Below are positions 22,001 to 30,551 of a DNA stretch of 64,000 nt, one piece after another (positions within the stretch are counted from its first letter, which is position 1; every line of letters begins with the position of its first letter). The position numbers and the translations under genes are program-made. Origin of the DNA: Paramoeba atlantica (lineage: Eukaryota > Protista > Discosea); the NCBI GenBank assembly GCA_977017575.1, contig CDRNVI010000046.1:1-64000 (forward strand). The letters run 5' to 3'. The notes below the pieces were generated by a model. That model ran no database searches and was not told the origin of the DNA. It was given only the letters and a program-made list of their open reading frames with translations.

Positions 22001-23153
22001 GACTATTCGTTACAAAAATAACGCATGAACCATTTGGGCACATCTGTCCGCTAGATAGTATTGAACGTTCCTTTGATCTTGATGTAATCGAAGGCGACAG
22101 TATAAGAAAAACACCTTGAGAATTCCCGCATATTTTTTCTGATCCGTACCCCGGCCAACGATCAAGTAGCTCACCATGAGTGGCGTCCCAACAATAGGTT
22201 GTTTCCTGAGTGCTACTCCAAAACCGTCGAGTTTTTGCCTCGAAATACATAGCCACAGTACGAGGAGCATATCCAGGGGCGGAAATCACGCGACACAATT
22301 GTCCTTCGGCACCCCAGGCCATCAGACTTCCATCATGTCCTGCTGACCAGACTTGTTGTTCGGTAGAAACGTAATGCAGAAGTTCCGGTTCAAATCGAGT
22401 CTCAATTTTACGAAAGCATTTGCGAAATTTCGTATCCCAGAGACGAAGTGTGCGATCCCTTCCTCCAGTCCAAACGTGCAACGATCTCCCCTTTACATGC
22501 CCTTGACCACGAAAAGAATAATTAGCAGAGGTAATGGCTGAGACTGCAAAGCGATGAGCGTTGCACGACTCGATAAGTGCACAATTTTGTGCCCCCCAAA
22601 CAGTAACGGACCCACTGCGCATTCCGCACCATATTTCAGATGAACGCTCTTTTCCCGTGTCTTCTGTGTATAGAGAAGTTCCCGTTGCATGTTCTTTGTA
22701 GCATACAATGCAAGCAACCAGAACGACATCCTTCAGACGAGGAAGAGCATTGTGATCAACCTTTGGTGCTGCGTGGTGTGGTAATTTCATAATTTCTTCT
22801 GTTTGATTTACGGAAAAGCATTGCAACTTACCATTCCGACCGGTTGCCCAGAAACAATTAAGGGAACTACAGAGGAGAGTAGTGACGTCTGACCCAGCGG
22901 GAATAGGACAAGAACAGATCTCGGAGACAGGAGTCACTGGTTCTTCTGTTGCACCTATACTACGCAAAACTCTTTTATCCCCATGTTTCAGTTGTGCGTT
23001 GTCATTCAAGCCAACAAAAGTTTTTTTTGAGTGGGGTATGCCGTCAGTGAAAGAATTTTCGTCCTTAACTGTTGATTCATTCATCACACTATTAGGACCG
23101 AGTCCCCACCCACCACCAGTACATACACCATCAAGAGGAAGTGAAGGAATCAT
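19065..23153 (-). CDS. Large protein with N-terminal WD40-like repeats and acidic/Ser-rich C-terminal part
   Basis: 1377-codon open frame (track start is GTG at 23198; first ATG at 23153). WD-like motifs IWCGMRSGSVTVW, VWTGGRDRTLRLWD, VWSAGHDGSLMAW. Confidence 0.8.
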   Translation of the reverse strand: MIPSLPLDGVCTGGGWGLGPNSVMNESTVKDENSFTDGIPHSKKTFVGLNDNAQLKHGDKRVLRSIGATEEPVTPVSEICSCPIPAGSDVTTLLCSSLNCFWATGRNGKLQCFSVNQTEEIMKLPHHAAPKVDHNALPRLKDVVLVACIVCYKEHATGTSLYTEDTGKERSSEIWCGMRSGSVTVWGAQNCALIESCNAHRFAVSAITSANYSFRGQGHVKGRSLHVWTGGRDRTLRLWDTKFRKCFRKIETRFEPELLHYVSTEQQVWSAGHDGSLMAWGAEGQLCRVISAPGYAPRTVAMYFEAKTRRFWSSTQETTYCWDATHGELLDRWPGYGSEKICGNSQGVFLILSPSITSRSKERSILSSGQMCPNGSCVIFVTNSPEIFDATVVATVKPYRDVLSVGDCALHLVGLSQASTHLTRFQIMSLPGEAVDSHSFLKDHTYHEKPQQEQCASSLKEHEDSKTTNSTDHSPNPAPVNEKHSKEATALSGLDSMSSHASVKQDSTTFACVVQPSLKVAEQRHSASSSLRALIPPPPSFESIQLIPLPDSSVIEAQNSSKFSKLLFASENEIVEMNSTTNSEVTDSFLHGENVQTFLLMHKLDLNSAKETEDKSHSPVKIESTTVETRSCDETSVSRSVIDVDESFTASVNHEGALSTVKPVSDISLMQDGCVECLSRIEDKLDLFLSTHSTAKIIPMSRQSSSNTELITKHKDSTLLQNTNSTTDKVALLDMLILHEYSQILRDLLDSRSKQSEIQNFVEDNHCDHDNFQCLPLPPDSFSTSEAALTAQTLYELVKASFCKKSFETSSMQLQVCTNSQDVSIQTDTKEDLLTIYDRNQNVEQLPKAAITVGTQWGDNHFEESKKDKTSTFNIQCFETLTSAYTNTNISKSTLGNQSTDNPLDPELLSLIRPLHEWFHCYKNQANSNHERSTNLTHKFRNEDFDPLAQTMCSALSLELSDSEDDTDPVGTERTENLVDDRSMVGTDFNNEIHSPIPELTTESGDDGLSFTRIGSIEEFSTSAVASPPQVVLDNLKEFLVCHVESVLRQLPQVVSLDELTKTPFNNPKDERIGRLLFLLPVLLWLRLAQFALERFAQFLGGATKDSGIYSESSAVQCLNENDILHNNITSEYTENNIDRDEATEFLLKLVGDLDFTVETTESKVEFLLKEHHTLPLHELTKQTISEPFGDGSFEEFSTMTGAEVNELSNSRFSILSSSDFGEMYHLLLPIDRWCSILRQMYAAEEEYENHIPKARLEQCLQLVNLIRTIPIDEFDTLNSLFVYVISTLGKVLVFDYPEILTNSQSQVEEWPFLEHFDATEHSSLHENTKLFSLIDGFVMLRAKLTSLKINSFPEEQETLVY

Positions 23154-23691
23154 CGATGCAAGGCTTCGACGTGGTTCACAAGGAATAGAGAATTTCACGC
23201 AGACTCAAAAAGAGGTATTTCCGTCCGTTTATTGACATAAAACGTAGTTCCAAAATAATAAAGATTTATTTTCTGAGTTAAAAAATGATACTTACAAGAA
23301 TACAATTAGCACCAATAAGGAACAGAAGCTTTACAAAACATAAAGTGTATTTGACTGCCGAAGACGATATCTTGACATTCTTTCGTAGTATGTATAAAAA
23401 AGTGATTCTATAAATCAGTAGAGCACAAATTTATCAGCCGAAGGTGTGCTCTGATGATTTCCTTAAAATCCTTCTTCAGTGCATCATAAGCTTCACATTA
23501 CTACTCCCTTTCATGTCGCCATGGTAGCTGCTTCGTCAAAAAGAGGTGGCTGTTGGTAAACTGGGCTTCGTAAATTTCTTCCCACTAACGACGTCGCGTA
23601 TGGCTCAGGCCCGCTCACGCGGACCCTCGCCATACCACCACCTCCGGCTTTGCATATTGCTTCCCACTAAGGACGCCTTTTATGCAAAATT

Positions 23692-23767
23692 ACGGGCAGC
23701 GGGTTCGAACCAGCGACCAACGCAAGTACTAATGTGTGGTATGTTCCACTAGACCAATCCGTCCAGA
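23692..23767 (-). other. Degenerate tRNA-like A/B-box unit
   Basis: Minus strand TGGTCTAGTGG...GGTTCGAACCC; stems imperfect. Confidence 0.5.
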
Positions 23768-23823
23768 TATCGTGGAGCCATGCTTCTCGGCTCCTTCCTA
23801 TGCAGCCATACGAAATTTTTTTT

Positions 23824-23888
23824 AGTGGGAATCGAACCCAACCACTTTAGATAGAGTCACTGGGCCTAACGACTAGGCTAATCACACC
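23824..23888 (-). other. Degenerate tRNA-like A/B-box unit with intact D-arm
   Basis: Minus strand TAGCCTAGTCGTTAGGC (GCCT/AGGC stem) and TGGGTTCGATTCCCA; no acceptor pairing. Confidence 0.5.
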
Positions 23889-24522
23889 CCATGGCCAAAA
23901 TGAAGGATTCCTAGCATGCCCTTTATCGACCATACCCCCTTTTTTTAAGAATTTCTCACCTGCCTCACCTCACCCTGCACACAATAAAAAAGAAAGAGGC
24001 AGAGTAAACTTTAGCCTCCCATTTAAGAAGCCACCTCGTTTTCCGTGAAAAGTGCGCTTAAATGGAGGGGCTTAAATATTCAAAAGAAAGGGCGACCTCT
24101 ATTTTTTTGTTGAAGAAACGTAAGAACTACCGAAAAAGAGTTTTTTTTTGGTGCACATGAACCTTTGTAAATTCATAAAAACGAGAAAATTTCTCGCCGC
24201 CCGAACTTATAAAAAGTTATGAAAGTGGGAGTACTTCTAATTGCGGTGGTCGTATGTCTACAGCTCTACCCTCGATTACTGGAAAAAAGTGTAGTAAGCT
24301 GATTGCTATTCCGCAATACAATGGGAGTCTGAACTTCCAACCTTAATTTCGGTATCAAACCAATTAATGCACACCAATTAATGCACACTTTTTGAAAAAA
24401 AAACAAGACCAAGAGGAATGTACATGTAATTACTCGGCGATATTCCCAAAGAGGCATTACCAAGTAATTGATTCTATGACCATGAAGAAAGCAATTCTTG
24501 AAACACAAATAAGATATATTTC

Positions 24523-25059
24523 TCATACTTCGATATTTGTTTTCTTTCCGGGAGTGATACGCATCTTTAATGCAGGCTTTTTCTTTACCACGTCAGTCAC
24601 TGCGGCGCGAATTGTCTCTTCTGCTAGCATGGAGCAGTGCAATTTCACGGGAGGCAGAGACAACTCAGCGGCAATCTCCCTGTTCGTGATTGACAGGGCA
24701 TCCTCAATTTTCATTCCAATAATTTTTTCTGTAGCCAGCGAGCTTGAGGCCATGGCGGAACCGCACCCAAATGTTTTAAATGTAGCATTAGTAATGGTCC
24801 CATCGTCATCTACCTTGACTTGCATTTGCATCAAATCCCCACATTCGGGGGCTCCGCATAGACCTGTGCCCACGTCCGGTGAAGATTTGTCCATGTTGCC
24901 AACGTTGCGCGGGTGAGCATAGTGATCTATAACCTTTTCACTGTACTTCGTTCGTGTGGGGGTAATATACAGTCGACGATGTATGGCAGCGGACGCGGAA
25001 ACAGAAAACCGAAACGAGCGCCTAGCGGCGAGAGAGAACTGCCCTACGCAACGTCTCAT
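24523..25059 (-). CDS. ISU1: Mitochondrial Fe-S cluster scaffold IscU/Isu1
   Basis: YSEKVIDHY..PRNVG, GAPECGDLM, FKTFGCGSA, LSLPPVKLHCSMLAE; Arg-rich presequence. Confidence 0.97.
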   Translation of the reverse strand: MRRCVGQFSLAARRSFRFSVSASAAIHRRLYITPTRTKYSEKVIDHYAHPRNVGNMDKSSPDVGTGLCGAPECGDLMQMQVKVDDDGTITNATFKTFGCGSAMASSSLATEKIIGMKIEDALSITNREIAAELSLPPVKLHCSMLAEETIRAAVTDVVKKKPALKMRITPGKKTNIEV

Positions 25060-25253
25060 AAAAACTTAAATAAGCAAATGATCTACGTGTATTATGGTTC
25101 AATAGAAAACGCTGTATTTACGACCTGTATATCCAGTACGTAATAACCAAAGAATTTCCAGATTCCAAATGAGATACTCGTTCTCGACACAGTCAACGCC
25201 TCAAGCAGGAGCCGAAAACTATACAATAACACAACACACGCAAGAAAGAACTA

Positions 25254-26306
25254 CTAAAACGGGCGGTGAAAACTATACATCATACCCTGGCCCGTAAGCC
25301 ACGTGTTTTTCATCCTTAAATCCTGGACGTGGGCGACGTAATCCCGGCTGTCGGCGTATCGTGGCATCAGTCCCTCTGTCACCCAATACCTCGGGGCCCT
25401 GTCAGAGGTGAGATCGGGTCGCTGACCGGAGCCCTGGCAGTCGATCGTGAGCCCTTCATCCAGCACCGACATCTCTGAGATAACCTCGTGGGTACGAAGG
25501 GCACGAAAAGAGTTGGGGGGAATTTGTGGCACCGCCACCCCGGCTGGGGGTGTGAGATTGTAAGGGGGAATAAAAGGCATCACCTTACCCGGAGGGGTAG
25601 GCGGCACGGCACGGGACACGGAGTCTGGGGCGCGAGAGGCGCTGTCTCGGTGTTCACGCCGGAGATTACGCATCGCACGCTCCACCTCACGACGGAACTC
25701 GTCCGCCTCGAATCCATAGACCCCGCGGGTGGGGGCACCGCGACGGAGCGCGGCGTGCATGTCCAGAATGACGTGGTGAGGTTCGCGACCCATAAACGCA
25801 CGACGGAAGATATCCGCTGAGCGGCGGGTAGAGACCCGCGAGGGGCGGGGGGAAGAGGGAGTCTCGGCGCCGAATGAGACTCCTGGGGAGGTCCCCGTGG
25901 GACTCTGCTTGCGATAGTATACGTGAAAGGCCTTGTATACGTTATATCGGTGCCAGATTGACTCCTCGCTGACGGTTGAGTCGTGTGACGGATCAGGTGT
26001 GGAGGCCGTAGTGGTCGGGGGAGGCGCGAAACGCTGTCGAGCCTTATTGTATCGCGACCTCTCCCGTGTATTTCGAAGACACTGATAGGCCTCTGTGACG
26101 GCACGAAAACAACGTTCCGAATCCTCTTTTTCTGATGGGGAGGCAAGGTCAGGGTGACTCTGAAGCGCAATGCGGCGGTAGGCCACTTTGATTTCCTCTC
26201 CAGTGGCCTCCGGTTTCACTCCAAGTCGGTCATAGTAGTCTGTCATGTTGTACAGAGCTAGATGCGAGGCGTCAGCCGTGCGAAGACCTCGGGAAGCAAA
26301 AAGCAT
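25254..26306 (-). CDS. J-domain (DnaJ) protein
   Basis: DYYDRLGV...IKVAYRRIALQSHPDL...FRAVTEAYQCL. Start could be ATG 26306 or 26246. Confidence 0.9.
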   Translation of the reverse strand: MLFASRGLRTADASHLALYNMTDYYDRLGVKPEATGEEIKVAYRRIALQSHPDLASPSEKEDSERCFRAVTEAYQCLRNTRERSRYNKARQRFAPPPTTTASTPDPSHDSTVSEESIWHRYNVYKAFHVYYRKQSPTGTSPGVSFGAETPSSPRPSRVSTRRSADIFRRAFMGREPHHVILDMHAALRRGAPTRGVYGFEADEFRREVERAMRNLRREHRDSASRAPDSVSRAVPPTPPGKVMPFIPPYNLTPPAGVAVPQIPPNSFRALRTHEVISEMSVLDEGLTIDCQGSGQRPDLTSDRAPRYWVTEGLMPRYADSRDYVAHVQDLRMKNTWLTGQGMMYSFHRPF

Positions 26307-26453
26307 ATAAAGGTAAGAAGAAGAATGAATCACCCTAAGCTCAGTTATTGTAATCTTCGCTCAAAAATTAACGAAGTAAAAATGAATAGAAATTTAACTA
26401 CTGCGATATCAAGTAGTGCAGTAATTAATTTTTAAATACTACCCGTGTTGTCT

Positions 26454-26726
26454 TTATAGACGAAAAAATATTTGGTACAAAGGATACAAAAGAAAGAATA
26501 CGAAGGCAACAAAGGAAAACGGCTCCGCGTCAAGAAGTACGTTGGACACCAAGATGCCAAGTTTGCCTTTTAGAGGGGTATATGAAGCTGAACACTCCTG
26601 TACAATGGCGTAAACTCCACTGTGAGAATCTCTTGAAGCCGTGGAAGCTCTAAGAAATGTCTTGTAAGCTTGTGTTGTCATTGAAAGTACCATAAAAATC
26701 GACGCCATCGAGAAAGTAACTCTCAT
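26454..26726 (-). CDS. Possible small membrane protein
   Basis: 90-aa ATG ORF on the coding strand with hydrophobic N- and C-termini; no recognised family. Confidence 0.3.
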   Translation of the reverse strand: MRVTFSMASIFMVLSMTTQAYKTFLRASTASRDSHSGVYAIVQECSASYTPLKGKLGILVSNVLLDAEPFSFVAFVFFLLYPLYQIFFRL

Positions 26727-26746
26727 TTACTCCCCAGTTGCCAAAT

Positions 26747-27505
26747 TTACATCATGCGGCCTCCAATACTCTTCCAATCTAATTCGAATGATGTCTTCTT
26801 TCCAAAAATCTTTTTGTACACCTTTCTTTTCGACACCCTCTTTTTTATTACTTTTTCAGTTGCACCTGCTCTTAAATCTGATTTTACCGACCTTAAGTTC
26901 CGACGAAATCTGGTGTTCTTTTTTCTCAGAAGAAACTTTTTTCTTGATTTTGAAACGATGTTAGGTATCTTGGAATTTTGGCATAATCGTATACATTTGG
27001 GCTTTCTCACTATTTTTCTTGGCCTTCCACTCTTTTTTGGTGATGTTGGAACGATGCTAGGTGTCTCGGAATTTCGACTTGGTTGTCCATATTTAAGCTC
27101 TTTAAATATTTTTCTTGGTCTTCCCCTCTTCGCCTTTGGAAGTTCTGTTACGTACTGCTTTTTGAAAGACATCGATTTGTTTTCTGACCCTATTCTTTCG
27201 TGCACTTTCTTTCCTTCCTTTTTTTGGCGATTTTGGCGATCACATTTCACCGTTTTTTTCCCTAGTGGGGGAGCGTTATTTTCAGTACGAGTGGCAGATC
27301 TCTTGATTTTTCTTTGAATTCTAAACCCGTTGAACAGATGCTGGATGGACATGTGAGCACGTAGTGCTAGTGAGGAGTCTGGGCCTTGTTCCGCTAGCTG
27401 TGAAATTTGTTGCAGCATAGATTTTCCATGTTCCTTTTGTTGAAATTCCGGATGGTAGGTACCTTTGGATACCAAGCGTAGTTGCATTACTGCTCGTCGT
27501 AACAT
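26747..27505 (-). CDS. Basic protein with two AT-hook motifs and a predicted mitochondrial presequence
   Basis: Starts MLRRAVMQLRL; KRGRPRK and KSGRPRK lie in an internal duplication; very Lys/Arg-rich. Confidence 0.7.
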   Translation of the reverse strand: MLRRAVMQLRLVSKGTYHPEFQQKEHGKSMLQQISQLAEQGPDSSLALRAHMSIQHLFNGFRIQRKIKRSATRTENNAPPLGKKTVKCDRQNRQKKEGKKVHERIGSENKSMSFKKQYVTELPKAKRGRPRKIFKELKYGQPSRNSETPSIVPTSPKKSGRPRKIVRKPKCIRLCQNSKIPNIVSKSRKKFLLRKKNTRFRRNLRSVKSDLRAGATEKVIKKRVSKRKVYKKIFGKKTSFELDWKSIGGRMM

Positions 27506-29253
27506 TAGCTTACAAGTACGCGTTCAAAAAAGAATCTTGTCAGCTAAACGTGTAGAACTACTATTTGGAAATATTTTTTGGAACAAGAGGTCACAAGAAG
27601 AACACCTAATTTAGAACAAGAGTCATATTTTGCTGTAAAGCAGTGACAGATAACTAGGGGGCGTGTCATAACCGATATGTAGGGGGTGTAACTACAGTAC
27701 AGGTGCGACATACAGTGGTCGTCACCAATCCGAGAGTCACGAAAATGAGAATGACCCTCAGAAAAATGACAAATTATCGTGTCAACGTTCAACTCAAAAA
27801 ACGCCTTGAAAATGAGAATGGATCAAAGTGATGTTGTGCTAATCCGGGCCTCTAAAAAGAGGCATCTGCACAAAAATTCAGCTACGGCAGTGGTGGGGGT
27901 GATGGCCTTGCCGGAGGGGAGACGTTCTTTTTTTGGGTTCTCTGGATCGAAATCTCAGCGTCTAGGCATTATGGTTTTTAAAAGAATTTGTTTTTAAAAG
28001 AATTTAGCATTTTTTTTGAGGCCATTGTCGACTACGACAGGGCCATAATAGGAAAAAGTAATCAAAAATGAAGAGTTCCTTCACACAAAAGAAAGATAAT
28101 AATGATCTTTCACCACAGTAATTTAATCACTGCAGTGACGTGAGGTTGGCGCAGAGATACATGTACATGATGTATTCTACTTGTACATGATGTATGTCTC
28201 TCGGTGTGACGGCCGATATCATCGGCGCATAACCCGCATATGACGGATATCACACGGAGAGTGGAGTGCGAGGTGAGACGAGTCGCCCATCGGTCATGCT
28301 ACATCACGTATAGCCATGGTTCATGTTGCAACACGGTAAAGCCGTGGATTCATGCCGTCAGATGGTCTATTGTGGGACATGATGCATCATGAGGAGGTCC
28401 GTTACTGCCGCACTCGCCACATCATGTAGGGAGATAGGGGTGCAAGTTCGCATCCCCTATACACGCATACAACGTGTCCTCCCGCTGTAGGGTGCCCAGT
28501 GGTCCTCAAGGGGGGGCACCATGGGGCACCCCATGGAGCTCCCGGGAGAAGAAAGCGCGAGAAGGAGAGAGCCTGGGAGGGGTGAAGAGTCCGAAGTGCG
28601 TTCTCTACTTTCACGACTAAGAGGGACAGAACAAGGATGAGACTGATTCGTTTTCTTGATGGAGATAAACGTTGCCTTCATGTTACATAAATGAAAATGG
28701 AATTCGCGTAAGATAGGGGAAAAAGAAAATTGAAAGTGGAACGCAAGTTTCAGGTAAGGGAAAGCTATCAGTAAAAACGCAAATTATGAAGCCTGTATAT
28801 GAAAATTTAAAGTAGAATTCGTAGCGAAATAGAATTCTTGGTTGCAAAAGATAACGTATTGACGTTGTTGGAGCTTTAAGGGAAGTTATGTCAACCAATA
28901 TACATTGTAATATAAAGGGAATATGTTCTTTAGAGGAATGTTCACAAATAAGTCAAGCAAAGTTTTGGTAGTGCTAGAAATGCATTGTGTAAGATAATTT
29001 TATTTCCATGTGTTGAGACCGTATGTTTTTCGGTATTGAGGATTGCAGCATGATGGTATCTATTGGCGTAGTAAACTTATAACAAATATGCGCGCATGGG
29101 TTAATCGAACTCGACTATGATAATTTTGCAGCGTATTCTTCGAAATTTCGTAATTCACTCATATGTGATAACCAACCCTTTCGGTGACAATCTATTGATT
29201 TGTACGATGTAAAAAAACTATCTGCTTCATTCTATTCCTTGTTTCCTCCTGGA

Positions 29254-29820
29254 TTAGTAACCACGTCCTCGTCCGCGACCGCCGCGACGCATGCCACGTC
29301 CCCCGCGCCCTCCTCGGCTTCCACGACTTCCGCTGCCCTCATATCCCGTCCACGGACCCTCTCGAGGAGGACCACGGGGTCGCGGGGGGCCAGAGGAACG
29401 GCGGGGGTCCTCCTCGTCCGGGACCACTAGCTCCGCAGGCAGAGGGGACTGATACCCCGGGTGGGTCTTCTTCAGCGGTTTCTTCGAGAGCTTGATGCTG
29501 ATCACGGAGCGCTTACGTTCACGTCCCTGGGTATTCGCCCCTTCCTCGTCCTCACTAGCAGCATCGTAGACGGTCTCGCTGGAGATGTCAGTAACTTGGT
29601 GGAGTCCCGCGACGCGACGCTTTACGATCTCGGAGACGTTGACAGCAATGTAGATGGCACGTCCCATGCCGCGGATGGTGACCTCATCGTAGACCGGGCC
29701 CTCCTCGCCGTCCACACCGGGGCCTCCTTCCAGCAGACGTCGGATGTATGTGATGTACGCCCGCAGGGGTCGGTGCACCGTCACGCGTACTTCATTCGGG
29801 GCAGAGTCGCGCTCAGACAT
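29254..29820 (-). CDS. ALBA: Alba-domain RNA-binding protein with RGG tail
   Basis: NEVRV...YI.Y...VTIRGMGRAI..AV.VSEIVKRRVAGLHQ; PGYQ.P motif; C-terminal RGG repeats. Confidence 0.93.
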   Translation of the reverse strand: MSERDSAPNEVRVTVHRPLRAYITYIRRLLEGGPGVDGEEGPVYDEVTIRGMGRAIYIAVNVSEIVKRRVAGLHQVTDISSETVYDAASEDEEGANTQGRERKRSVISIKLSKKPLKKTHPGYQSPLPAELVVPDEEDPRRSSGPPRPRGPPREGPWTGYEGSGSRGSRGGRGGRGMRRGGRGRGRGY

Positions 29821-30551
29821 AGTGAGATAGGAAGAGAGTAGTAATAGAAGAAGAGTGGAATAGGATGTTAGTTTTAAAATTAGGTGGCGAGCTCGTAGGT
29901 TACAGAAAAAAAGTAGAAAGCAAGAAAAAAGGTAGAAATTTGCAAGTTTTACAAAATCAATATCACATGCGGGAGTAATACTCTCGTTCGTATACTCAGT
30001 ATACGAATTACACGCAAGTGTCTAGTAAGTTAAGTTTCTTTTAGAGGTCAACGTTTAGAAAAAATTGAATACGAAGCAAGAATATAATAATTCTGAAGTA
30101 GCGTAGAATTATATTCTGCGAAAAGATATAAAAATAAAAATGAAAGCGGAGCAAGTCTGGTGGAAAGATAAAAGCGGGTATACATTACATTATTTTTAAA
30201 AATTACTACTACTTGCGTACTTACTGCTTGTATGGTTGTGAAAATTAGTTTCTAATTTTAGCAACAATAAAGGAATTTTAGCATAAATAATAGAACAGCA
30301 ATAAATTATATATATTTATAATTTATATCTAATATAGCTATTTTCATACATACATGTATGACATGCATAACAGCCAGGTTTACTACATTTGTATTTTAGT
30401 TCGGTTATGCAATAAGCCTTGGTTGTATGTGTTACATACAAAGAGTAGCATGTTCTTTAATAATACAACAAGTTGTGTGTACATACAACAAATTGAAGAG
30501 AAAAAAATAATCCAAAAATATCAAAACTTAAGAAGGTTTGTAGCAAGAAAA

